DNA of 64,000 bases from a virus (lineage: Duplodnaviria > Caudoviricetes), in the IMG/VR virus record IMGVR_UViG_2541047043_000003, positions 1-64,000 of that record, one strand, 5' to 3'. A program made the translations under genes and the position numbers. Below the pieces are notes generated by a model that had not been told where the DNA came from, did not search any database, and saw nothing but the letters and a program-made list of their open reading frames with translations. Of the stretch, positions 20,118-29,479 are shown piece after piece. Numbering within the stretch: the first letter of the stretch is position 1; every line of letters begins with the position of its first letter.

Positions 20118-20881
20118 AGCCAGGTGGCTCCTTCGTTATCGCTCCAATAGGAAAAATTACCTTGAGTTCTAACCCTCCAGTTCTTGCTTGTAGAACCGGG
20201 GGAGGGGGTGGTTTTTAAAAAATCCTTTGATTCAAGGTGTTCGTAAATCCAGTTGATCGCACTGGCAAGAGACTCGTTGTCTAAAATTCCGGGGTTTAAT
20301 TCCACGTCGATTCCGATCAGTTTCGGGTCATAGACGGGTAAAGTGCGAGTAACGTTTGAAATGACACCACCGACACTTGTTTTTTGAAACGATAACAAAC
20401 CGATTCGGTTCGGAGAAACAGAGGGAAGATTTTGGGAATTAACGGATTGTTCGAAAACTCTGGACCTGAAAGTTTTTCTTGTGGGCCTTGTTTGAGGTTG
20501 GAATCTTTCGCTTGAATTAAAAATAGGAACCGCTTTTTCGTCGGTAAGAGAGGATTCTAGAGCAATTTCATAAATACCGACTCGCGAATTCGGATTAGGG
20601 GTTAAAGTTAAAGCGGGAACGATAAAAACGCAGTCGGTTCTTATAAAAATACCGGAACTCACTTGTATCGTATTCGGACCCGTTAAGGAAACTTCAAAAC
20701 CGATTGCTGTATCCGAATCCCTGTTGATCGTTGCAAGGATCGCAGAAAGTAAGGCCGGAACGATCGAGTTTGAACTTTCAGCCCCCGAGAGTCTGTTAAA
20801 ATCTTCTGCTGTGACTTTTTGAAAAAGATTTTGATAATAGACTTTGACTTCGTTACCGGAAATTAAGATTTCAGTTTCCAT
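20105..20881 (-). CDS. Baseplate/tail-fibre protein (likely start ATG 20881, METEIL; 258 aa)
   Basis: Follows baseplate J and gpI-like genes; ends in Asp-box-like YWSDNEGATW. Confidence 0.6.
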   Translation of the reverse strand: METEILISGNEVKVYYQNLFQKVTAEDFNRLSGAESSNSIVPALLSAILATINRDSDTAIGFEVSLTGPNTIQVSSGIFIRTDCVFIVPALTLTPNPNSRVGIYEIALESSLTDEKAVPIFNSSERFQPQTRPTRKTFRSRVFEQSVNSQNLPSVSPNRIGLLSFQKTSVGGVISNVTRTLPVYDPKLIGIDVELNPGILDNESLASAINWIYEHLESKDFLKTTPSPGSTSKNWRVRTQGNFSYWSDNEGATWLPFA

Positions 20882-21470
20882 TTTTAGCTCCAAGAAAAAC
20901 GGCGGTGCCAGCCGCAAGAATTCGATTGAGTTGTGTGATTTGAATGTCTTTAAAAGAAGAAAGGTTTTCGGCGACAATGTAACTCACACCTCTGTCGGGT
21001 GTGACGATACTCGAAACCGAGTTCGTATCGGGACCCGGAAGAAAAAGGCCGGTATCACTAGCCGATACGTCGGTTGCAAACCCGAGTTCGTTACATCGTA
21101 AAACCGCAAAGTCAGGCCTTTGAAAAATCTGTCCGATTTTTGGAATCGTAGGTTCGTTAGAAAGAACGTATCCTAGGATGTAGCCTACAAACTCGGGATC
21201 ATTCATATTCAAAGGTCGCTCGATTCCTAGAAGCTCTGCCCACTTTCTAAGGAAATGACCTTCCGTGTTAGACAAAACCGCGCAGTGTGTGGCAAGTTCT
21301 TGATACCTCAAATGCCACTCAACGGAATTAAAAAGCGCGCCTACGTTTATATCATTGACGTTCGTTGTCGGAAGATACTCGGGACGGGACTTGTCGCCGA
21401 ACAGTTCTTTAAACGTAGGGTCGGTTTCGTTAAACTGAGGGAGTCTTTCTAAAAGTTTATTTAAAGCCAT
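20871..21470 (-). CDS. Baseplate wedge protein (gpI-like)
   Basis: GHFLRKWAELLGIERP...D..F motif; directly after baseplate J. Confidence 0.7.
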   Translation of the reverse strand: MALNKLLERLPQFNETDPTFKELFGDKSRPEYLPTTNVNDINVGALFNSVEWHLRYQELATHCAVLSNTEGHFLRKWAELLGIERPLNMNDPEFVGYILGYVLSNEPTIPKIGQIFQRPDFAVLRCNELGFATDVSASDTGLFLPGPDTNSVSSIVTPDRGVSYIVAENLSSFKDIQITQLNRILAAGTAVFLGAKNGN

Positions 21471-21475
21471 ATATC

Positions 21476-22660
21476 TTAAGAGGGTTCGGATTTGGAAGCG
21501 GAACCCAAAATCACGCCCAGAGACGAACCGCCGGTTCTTGGAAGAAACGTGGGAGGAACGCTAACGTCATTTGGAATCGGCGGCGTATTTGGAACGGGGT
21601 CGGTCGCAAGTTTTCCGTAGAGTTCTAAGATCGTTACCTTGTAAAAGTCGGGATGACTTTTAAGGATAGTACCTTCCACTTGTTTGAGTAAAACGTCAAA
21701 ACCAACCGGAAGGGTGTTGAGATAAGTTGTGATTGCGTTTGTTGCGACCGAGATCGCGTCATCGATTGAGACTTGAGAATTATTTAATATTTCTAAATGA
21801 AATTTAACCGAGATTCCAAGAACCGGGATTTTAAAAACACAAACCCAAGTGCCAGCGGCCGCATACCCGGGGAAATTTTCAGGGTCTTGTAAATCCCCTT
21901 CGATTGTTTTTTGAACGAAGTCAAGGAGGGATTGCGGAGGATTTGACGTGCCGTCTGAGACATACAAATTGATCCAACCGAATTCCCTTTGACCCGAAAA
22001 GGGGTTTACGTTTGTAGTAAGTTGCGCTCCGGCGATACCTGGAATAGAAATCGTAGCGGTATAGATACCGAGGGGTGTGGATCTACCCAAAGAAACGATA
22101 AAATTACGAAATCTTTTAAGACGATTTTCTTCGCTTTCTTTATTTGTACCTCCCGCAAAATCGTTCGGATTCCAAACCCGAGTATTTGCAGGAAGTTGAA
22201 TATTTAAGGTACCGAGACCTTCTTCCGTATCGATCGAAAGCCTACGAATATTAAAGTCGACACCCGGCTCTTTGGCCCGAATTTCAATTTCACCAAAGGT
22301 TTGGCCCACTTCGATGGAAGTAGGTAGAACGGATTCGTACATAAGGCCGAAAAGATCGAGGGTAAAAATCGGAATTGGAACGGGAGATGTATGGCCTTGG
22401 TGTTCGATTCGAACGATACCAACCGATCTTAAACCCGGAAGCCTTGAAAACCCGAGTGCTGTATATATTCCTTCCCGGATCGAGTAGTCAAAACCGTTGA
22501 GGGTTCTAAGATCGCCTTCGGCTAAAACGGAGGCAATGGCCGCGATCCAAGTGGAAATCCTAGAACCCGGATTGAAGTTACAAAGTCTAGAACCCGTAGA
22601 GATTAGGAAATTTTGAATCGCTATTTTGTATTCAAGTTCGGTTTTGGGAACGTAAGCCAC
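21476..22660 (-). CDS. Baseplate J/gp47 family protein (likely start GTG 22660)
   Basis: FNPGS, A..PG...N, FAGG..KESEE.R..RF, GWINLYVSDG, YAAAG. Confidence 0.88.
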   Translation of the reverse strand: MAYVPKTELEYKIAIQNFLISTGSRLCNFNPGSRISTWIAAIASVLAEGDLRTLNGFDYSIREGIYTALGFSRLPGLRSVGIVRIEHQGHTSPVPIPIFTLDLFGLMYESVLPTSIEVGQTFGEIEIRAKEPGVDFNIRRLSIDTEEGLGTLNIQLPANTRVWNPNDFAGGTNKESEENRLKRFRNFIVSLGRSTPLGIYTATISIPGIAGAQLTTNVNPFSGQREFGWINLYVSDGTSNPPQSLLDFVQKTIEGDLQDPENFPGYAAAGTWVCVFKIPVLGISVKFHLEILNNSQVSIDDAISVATNAITTYLNTLPVGFDVLLKQVEGTILKSHPDFYKVTILELYGKLATDPVPNTPPIPNDVSVPPTFLPRTGGSSLGVILGSASKSEPS

Positions 22661-22735
22661 GTTCTTAAAACTAAACATAAAAAAAGGTATCGGAAAAAAA
22701 ACCGATACACGTAAGCGGGTGTTAGATTCTTTTTT

Positions 22736-24646
22736 GTGGGAATCATGGGTCTTGCAACATCAGGATTTAATTCGGTAACGGGAGGGGGGTTTTCAGGAAG
22801 CCTTGCACCGACGTATGAGGCTCAAAACGTATTTTCTTTCGCCTTCTATGAAAAGGAAAAAAGCGGAAAATACTCGATTACGAAAGGGGACTCAAACGAA
22901 TATTTTTTTGTAAACGGTCCGCTGTCGTATACGGAGAATTTTAAAAATAGAACCAACATAGAAAAAACATTCGGCGGAGTAGTAGTCGTAGACTTTGGAC
23001 CGGACAATCACGAAATTAAACTAGAAGGCGAATTCCATATCTATCACCTAGGACTTCCCCAAAAACCTAGATCTACGATACCGGGAGAATCGGGGTCCGG
23101 ATTTGTACAGTCCGCTTTTTCAGCCGGTAAAACGATATTAAAAAATAAAATCGGAAGTTACTACGACAAGTTGAGAAGCAGTTATTTAAGTCTCGGGGGA
23201 GGGGAGTTTCGTAGCGGCCTACAGGAATTCCAGGACTTTATGTTCCTACTCCACTACTCTCGAAATTTAGAAAGAGTGGAATATACGACCAACGACCCGC
23301 AAGCGTCGAGTATCATAAAACTGTTCCTTGAAAAAAGACTTACCTGGAAAACACACGCCTTCGTATTCAGAGACTACGATAGAAATAGAACCGTAGAGGT
23401 AGTCATTCCAAGTAACGGCTTTACGATTTCAAGATCGGTATCCGATACCAACACTTACAAATATTCCTTAAGTTTAGTGGTCGTAAAAGAACTGGAATCA
23501 AGAATTACAAGTCAGTTAGTGAGGTCGAATTTTAACGCGTTTAGAACGATTTCCGGCCTTATGAACGAAATTGAAAATTTAGTGAACCTTCCTTTAAAAA
23601 TATCGGGCGCGTTACTCGGAGTTGCAAGAGGAATCCAGGTGTTTGCAAGTTCCACCAAAAGACTACTTACCTCCTGGGACAGAATGAAGGATCAGTTTGG
23701 TATAGAAGGAAAACTTGCGAGAAAAACATTCGAAAACGCTAAATTAGAACTCTCTCTAAAAACCAAAAAAAGAGGATTACACTCGGATGAGCTTTCGGAT
23801 CAAATTGATATTTCATCTAAAAAATCCCGTTCAAATGAAGCCGAATTTAGACAAAATTTAGATACGGCTACAAACGACTGCAATTCCCTAGTTACTTCAA
23901 TTTCTCAAGTTTTAATCTCCGTAGACGATTCAGGTTCGATCGAGGCAATGTCACTAAAACCGAACGCGGATTTAAGCGTTTGGATAGAAAACGACGTATA
24001 CAAGTTCGTCTTAACTTCCAAAGAAATTTTAATCGAAATAAAAGCGGCCCTAAACCTTGCATCCACTGACAACGAATTTTCAATATACCACGTTAGCCCT
24101 GGAGATACCTGGGAAAGTATCGCCGAAAAAAAGTTAAAAGACTTAAAACTCGGACTTTCCCTTGCCAAATATAATAACGCACAAGACACGACAAGTTTAA
24201 CCAAAAGGGCGATTAAAATCCCGTATGGAACAAACACTAACGTATTCACAACCCTTCCGGACAATCCAAGTCCAAAGGATTTAGAAATCGCACTCATCGG
24301 ATGTGATATACGACTAAATCCGAATCGAGGGATTGAAATCTCTCCCACGGGTGATTTAAGTCTCCTCGAGGGGGATGAGACGTTAATCAATGAAAAGTTG
24401 GATTTAATCGATATCGTACAAGGTTCATTGATCGGTGCGTCCGAATTTGGAAACCCGATCCTACCGGGAGAAAACCCGGATGAGATTTTTAAAAAAGGGA
24501 GTATTACAAATCTTTTAAATCAATTTCGGTCCGATCCGAGAATTAAAAGCGCAAAATTTTTAGGGGCCGTAGGGGAGGGGGATGTTTTCTATTTTAATTT
24601 CCAATTGGAGTCGATATCCGGAGGGAGTGTTATTCTTTCCGTATGA
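22736..24646 (+). CDS. Tail-tube initiator/LysM protein with C-terminal gp25-like baseplate segment
   Basis: P..YTE...RT.IEKTFGG.VV.DFG; LysM YHVSPGDTWESIA; C-terminal GDLSL..G...DPRIKS. Confidence 0.65.
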   Translation: MGIMGLATSGFNSVTGGGFSGSLAPTYEAQNVFSFAFYEKEKSGKYSITKGDSNEYFFVNGPLSYTENFKNRTNIEKTFGGVVVVDFGPDNHEIKLEGEFHIYHLGLPQKPRSTIPGESGSGFVQSAFSAGKTILKNKIGSYYDKLRSSYLSLGGGEFRSGLQEFQDFMFLLHYSRNLERVEYTTNDPQASSIIKLFLEKRLTWKTHAFVFRDYDRNRTVEVVIPSNGFTISRSVSDTNTYKYSLSLVVVKELESRITSQLVRSNFNAFRTISGLMNEIENLVNLPLKISGALLGVARGIQVFASSTKRLLTSWDRMKDQFGIEGKLARKTFENAKLELSLKTKKRGLHSDELSDQIDISSKKSRSNEAEFRQNLDTATNDCNSLVTSISQVLISVDDSGSIEAMSLKPNADLSVWIENDVYKFVLTSKEILIEIKAALNLASTDNEFSIYHVSPGDTWESIAEKKLKDLKLGLSLAKYNNAQDTTSLTKRAIKIPYGTNTNVFTTLPDNPSPKDLEIALIGCDIRLNPNRGIEISPTGDLSLLEGDETLINEKLDLIDIVQGSLIGASEFGNPILPGENPDEIFKKGSITNLLNQFRSDPRIKSAKFLGAVGEGDVFYFNFQLESISGGSVILSV

Positions 24647-25326
24647 GTGGGAGCTTTACAAACGATTCTTTTGACTGGCAAGAAAAAATAAAGTCTTTGG
24701 ATTCTCGTTTTGCGCCTCCCGTATTTGCAACCGTAACGGAAGTTTTTCCCAGATTTAGAGCGAACGTCCTGACAACTTTCGGTGAACAATTTTTAAAAGT
24801 CAGGTATTTCGGACCCGCATTGTTTTCAAACGGGAAGGCGCACGGACGGGCCTTCTCATTAAAAAAAGATCAATTAGTACTTCTAGAATTCATCGGCGGG
24901 TCATTTAGAAGTCCCGTGATAACGAAAACGTTTCCGTTTGCGACAAAAGACAGCGAGTTTGATTCTTTAAGTATGTTTTGGAAGAAATTTTCCTTTTTAG
25001 ATCCGAATACGGATATCATCGACTTTCACGAATCCGGTTATTGTGTCAGGCAAACAACGAATAAAATAGAAGTGTATGACTCGGATTTAAGTATCGTTTT
25101 GGAATTTGATTTTTTAGAAAAGAAAGGAAAATTAAATTTTACTGATTTAGAAATAACGGCCAAAACCAAAATCACCGGGGACTTGGAGGTCAAAGGAAAA
25201 ATCAAAGCAAGCGGGGAAATAGAATCGGAAAAAGACCTAATCTCTTCTAAAAAGTCCTTTAACAATCACGGCCACACGTATAACCCGGGGCCTTTAGCAC
25301 CTACAAAAACAAGTCCTCCGATTTAA
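24643..25326 (+). CDS. Baseplate central spike (gpV/Gp45-like)
   Basis: OB-fold VLLEFIGG..RSP, beta-helix ITGDLEVKGKIKASG, HGH metal-binding tip, T.PP end. Confidence 0.8.
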   Translation: MSGSFTNDSFDWQEKIKSLDSRFAPPVFATVTEVFPRFRANVLTTFGEQFLKVRYFGPALFSNGKAHGRAFSLKKDQLVLLEFIGGSFRSPVITKTFPFATKDSEFDSLSMFWKKFSFLDPNTDIIDFHESGYCVRQTTNKIEVYDSDLSIVLEFDFLEKKGKLNFTDLEITAKTKITGDLEVKGKIKASGEIESEKDLISSKKSFNNHGHTYNPGPLAPTKTSPPI

Positions 25327-25349
25327 AAAATAAAGGTTTCTTTTTTTGT

Positions 25350-26912
25350 ATGTTAGAGGATGAAAAAATCTCGATTGCGTCTCGTAGTGACATATCGATC
25401 CCACCGAAATCGTTTGCACTCGAAATCCATCTTCCCGGTTCTTCTAAAAATATCTTTTTTCCGATTGAGTATGTCACTCAAATCAAATCACACAGGTCTT
25501 TAAGTGCCGGTCGAGGAGGGATTTCACTTTCGATTCCCTTGCAAGAAGAATACGTAATTCAATACGGAGAAACAAAACCGCTTCCGCTTTCTCAAATTGA
25601 AAACCCGGAAAGTTTAAAATTCAAGGATATATTTCGGGTAAGAAGTCTTGTGTTTTTGTACTACGATAATTCTTCTCCAAGCACGAAAACGATCGGATTT
25701 AAAAAACTAAACGCAGGGAAGATAAAAAGTAGGGCTCTTGAGTATTCACCCGACGGTAAAAGTTTTGTAAGCGTACAAATAACTCCGATGGAGACTTTAC
25801 TTACGGACACAGACTTTTTTATCGACTACCAAAGAGAGGAAGGCGCACCCCAAACAAGAACCGGCGAATCGTATGCGGGCGTGATTACAAGTGCAGCTAA
25901 GGTTTTTTTACAAGGACAACTAAAAGACCTTCTAAAGAACTTTTGGGACGAGTTTTTTTGTAAGCTTATGAACGTTACAAGATTCGCGGATCATCCAGTA
26001 TTACGTCCGACCACTTCCCAAGATCCGAATGCGGCCTTGTCGATACTCTTACCTAAAAAAGCATACACGGAGTTTTTCGTATACGAATCCCAAGTAATTA
26101 GCTCTTTTACGATCGGACAGTACGTGAATTTTTGGGAGATTCTACGTTCCTATTTGTGCGAACCGCTCTATGAACTTTTTGTAGATCCGTTGGAAACTTT
26201 TGAGATAGAGGGAATTTTTGGAAAAGGGATTTCGTTTGGAGAAATCGGATCTCCTCACTTAGAAGAATACGAAGTCGGTAGTAAAGAATCAAAAGTAGTT
26301 TTTCGCCCGACTCCCTTTTATATGTTTTCAGAGGACGGTAAATACAGGGATTTAAAAAACTTCGGAATCGATGCGGTATATACGTTTTTACTAGAGGATT
26401 TAAAAAACTTTAGAATCGAAGAAAACGAGGAAAACGTGGTATCAGGGGTTCACGTAATTCAAAATACATTCCAGCAATTCGGTACCGTGTTATCAGAACC
26501 AAAATACGCGGATAAAATCAGATCCATATTTGGACCGAGACTTTTACACGTAAAAATTCCGGGACTCATTTTTAAGGAAGAAAACTTAAAAACTAAAAAC
26601 AAAGAAAACTACAAGAAAGAACTTTCCGGGATTCGGGATATGTTATTTCGAATTTTTTGCGATTTGGAAGAATTAAAAATAACGAACGGATCTTTTGATC
26701 TTCCCTTTATTCCTCTAAGACCCGGAATGCCCTTTCAAATCCTTTTTAATCCTTCCAAAAAGTACCCTATATCCGAAGAAGAAATTTGCAAATTCGGATA
26801 TATCACGGACGTAGTGGACGAATTTTCACCCGGTAGCGCAAAGGCAAATACGAACGTTTCGTTTAAATGGGGGCCTTCTTCTTCAAACTACGAAAGTAAT
26901 TTTAGAAGTTAA
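25350..26912 (+). CDS. Probable baseplate hub protein
   Basis: Adjacent to spike; EPLYELFVD and VFRPTPF motifs resemble myovirus hub proteins. Confidence 0.55.
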   Translation: MLEDEKISIASRSDISIPPKSFALEIHLPGSSKNIFFPIEYVTQIKSHRSLSAGRGGISLSIPLQEEYVIQYGETKPLPLSQIENPESLKFKDIFRVRSLVFLYYDNSSPSTKTIGFKKLNAGKIKSRALEYSPDGKSFVSVQITPMETLLTDTDFFIDYQREEGAPQTRTGESYAGVITSAAKVFLQGQLKDLLKNFWDEFFCKLMNVTRFADHPVLRPTTSQDPNAALSILLPKKAYTEFFVYESQVISSFTIGQYVNFWEILRSYLCEPLYELFVDPLETFEIEGIFGKGISFGEIGSPHLEEYEVGSKESKVVFRPTPFYMFSEDGKYRDLKNFGIDAVYTFLLEDLKNFRIEENEENVVSGVHVIQNTFQQFGTVLSEPKYADKIRSIFGPRLLHVKIPGLIFKEENLKTKNKENYKKELSGIRDMLFRIFCDLEELKITNGSFDLPFIPLRPGMPFQILFNPSKKYPISEEEICKFGYITDVVDEFSPGSAKANTNVSFKWGPSSSNYESNFRS

Positions 26913-26962
26913 AAAAAATTAAAAACCCGATTCTATTAAAAAACGAATAAAATATTAGTTGA

Positions 26963-27352
26963 ATGTCTTCTTTTCTTGGACCCTTTGCGAGCGACGATAC
27001 GCTTTCCGATTCTAGAAAAAAAGTTTTAAACGTATCCCAAGTGGAAATCGATTTTTCAAGTCCGCTCGGAACCTACAATTTAGGGGAAAATTTACAGGTC
27101 AATTCTACAGTTCTCCAAATACTCGTAAAAGTCGAGACGGCTTTTGACGATTTTCCGATTCTTACCGTCGGAAGTACTACGTCTCCCGATCTTTGGATGG
27201 ACGGTTTTAACGTAGATTTGTCGGTTGCAGGGATCTACGTGGGATTTGGATTTGATTTAATCAAAACGACAACTCAGTGCAGGGTGTATTGGAATCCGAA
27301 CGGAAGTAGCAAAGGAAGACTGAATGTTTTTCTAATATTTTCGGATAACTAA
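26963..27352 (+). CDS. Virion structural protein, beta-rich
   Basis: V.VETAFD..P.LTVG motif; late context. Confidence 0.55.
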   Translation: MSSFLGPFASDDTLSDSRKKVLNVSQVEIDFSSPLGTYNLGENLQVNSTVLQILVKVETAFDDFPILTVGSTTSPDLWMDGFNVDLSVAGIYVGFGFDLIKTTTQCRVYWNPNGSSKGRLNVFLIFSDN

Positions 27353-27382
27353 AAACTAAAAACGTTCCAATTGGAAAAAAAT

Positions 27383-27411
27383 CGGTATTCGGACTTACAT
27401 TCCGAATACCG
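27383..27411. terminator. Hairpin CGGTATTCGGA-7-TCCGAATACCG, possible terminator
   Basis: Perfect 11-bp stem with an A-tract on its left (U-tract on the - strand). Confidence 0.45.
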
Positions 27412-27803
27412 GTATAGCTAGTGTTGGATATTTCTTTAAAAAAAACTTCGCTTGAAATTTAAAAGAAAAAATTATCCCTTTTTTTAAAAGAAAAAGCAGT
27501 CATAACGTCTAATTTAACAATATAGAATATGGTTCGCAAATTTGAAATCGAGGAGGGTGTGATTTATAACCTTTTTTATATGGGTCTTTCCGTACAGGGT
27601 TATTATTTCAGAGGCAACTGGATCTTATTCGGATTGTTTGCGGTTTTAATTAAAAAACTTAAAATTCATCCAGACGGTTACTTTTTAATCGCCTACAACT
27701 GTAATTATTTCAAAGTCCTTTATCTTTTTTTAAAAGGGGAATTTATTTCCAAAGAATAAAAAATCCCACCGTCCGATAACTAAGTTTTCTTGATAACAAG
27801 GTC

Positions 27804-28718
27804 TTGATGCTTGAGACCGCGTTTTTACATCCGTTCCAAATCCTAAAGGCTAGCCCCGAAGAACGAACCGGCGCGATCAAAATACTGGTTAGGGCTTCTT
27901 CCGAAAAAGAAGACCTCCAGGGCGAAGTAATCCTAAAGTCCGCGTACGCAGACCTCGACATGAGAAGTGAATTTCTCACACAAGGATACTTTGATTACAA
28001 TCATCTAACCGACTTAATCGACAAAGAAATTCAGGATTTAAGAAGCAAAGGGAAACTTTCCGGGACAGAACTTGTAAATTTACAAAAAGCTAAAGTTGAA
28101 TCAATCATCGGAGGGGTAGAACGGATCGGATTCAAAGACGATTTTCCACAAAATTTAGGAATTAAAAACGACGGATTGTATATCCAAGGACGCCTATTCC
28201 CGGAAAACAAATTTGCGGAAGAAATAAGTAAAGGGCTCCAAGCCGGTTTTATGGGATGGGGTGCGTCCGTTTCGGGATACGCAAGGCCCCAAGACTACCA
28301 AGGAAAAACGATTCGAAAAATACAACTTCGTAAATGCGCCATAGCTCCCCTTCAAGAAGTCTACAACCCCGACACTGCCGTACAATTAATTAAGGGTGCA
28401 GTTCTACTTCGCGATATTGAAAAAAGTTCGTTACCCGTTCCGAGTGAGGACTTACAAAACCCGGAAAGTTTAGACCGACTGTTTCGAATCGAAAGAAAAC
28501 TCGATTTTTTATCGAAACTTTTTTTATCAGATCCGAACACACAAGACAAGTTTTTAGACTTAATCTTTTCCGATATTGCAAACCGGACTAAAACTCAAGA
28601 ATTAAAACTCGGGTCTTCTTGGATTCGTTCCGTTCTTTCGGACGAATTCTATCTAGAAGGGGAAGACTTAGAGAATTTTACCGATCTTTTATTTTTAAAA
28701 CTAAACGGAGAATCGTAA
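27804..28718 (+). CDS. Prohead protease (HK97/U35-like fold)
   Basis: ASSEKEDLQGEVI, GYFDYNH, GLYIQGRL, GASVSG, CAIAP..V.NPDT; upstream of scaffold and capsid. Confidence 0.8.
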   Translation: MMLETAFLHPFQILKASPEERTGAIKILVRASSEKEDLQGEVILKSAYADLDMRSEFLTQGYFDYNHLTDLIDKEIQDLRSKGKLSGTELVNLQKAKVESIIGGVERIGFKDDFPQNLGIKNDGLYIQGRLFPENKFAEEISKGLQAGFMGWGASVSGYARPQDYQGKTIRKIQLRKCAIAPLQEVYNPDTAVQLIKGAVLLRDIEKSSLPVPSEDLQNPESLDRLFRIERKLDFLSKLFLSDPNTQDKFLDLIFSDIANRTKTQELKLGSSWIRSVLSDEFYLEGEDLENFTDLLFLKLNGES

Positions 28719-29479
28719 TGTTAAAAGACGCGATTTCGCGATTAAAAGAAAGACTAACGACTAACGTAACAAAATCCTCGATCAATGAATCGGATTTACA
28801 GACGTTAGCCTCGACTGTGACGACCCTACTCGATTCTGGAAAAGTGGAACCCAAAACTGATAAAATAAAAGAGTGGGCCGTTTCGAAAGGCTTGGAAGAA
28901 GCCGAAGCCATTTCTTTTGCAGAGGAGGTAATTGATGCGTATTTTGACGATACGACTGATGAAACCGTTTCTAAATCGGAACTGGGGGATTCTTTAAATG
29001 GCGAAGAGGAAGAAGAATCTGAGGAAAAAAAGAAAAAGGAAGAAAAAGACAAAAAAAAGAAAAAAGAGGAAGAGGAGAAAAAAGAAATCGAAAAATCAAA
29101 ATTTATTTCAGAGATTCAAAATACATTAGAAATACTTAAATCAGGACAGGAAACACTGGCCGCTGCAATCGAACATCTGCTTGATAACGCACGAGATAAC
29201 CAGAAACTAAAGTCGGAACTTCTAACCTTAAAATCAGAAATCGGAAGTGTGTCTTGTCGACCCGCAAATACAAAAACACCCGTAACCACTCAAATACAAA
29301 AATCAAATCTAAACGGTCAGGTGGACGCTCGCGAAAGGGACAATGTAGCGAATAAAATCATTAAAGGAATCGAACTCGGTAAGTGTCAGTTAGAGGACGT
29401 TTCCTATTTTCAATCCACTTGGAAGCTTTCCGAGAGAGCCCAAAAATTCTTTAACGAATATAAGGAGGTTTTAAAATGA
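28718..29479 (+). CDS. Capsid scaffold protein (likely start ATG 28718)
   Basis: Charged coiled-coil protein between protease and capsid; TAATG coupling. Confidence 0.65.
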   Translation: MLKDAISRLKERLTTNVTKSSINESDLQTLASTVTTLLDSGKVEPKTDKIKEWAVSKGLEEAEAISFAEEVIDAYFDDTTDETVSKSELGDSLNGEEEEESEEKKKKEEKDKKKKKEEEEKKEIEKSKFISEIQNTLEILKSGQETLAAAIEHLLDNARDNQKLKSELLTLKSEIGSVSCRPANTKTPVTTQIQKSNLNGQVDARERDNVANKIIKGIELGKCQLEDVSYFQSTWKLSERAQKFFNEYKEVLK

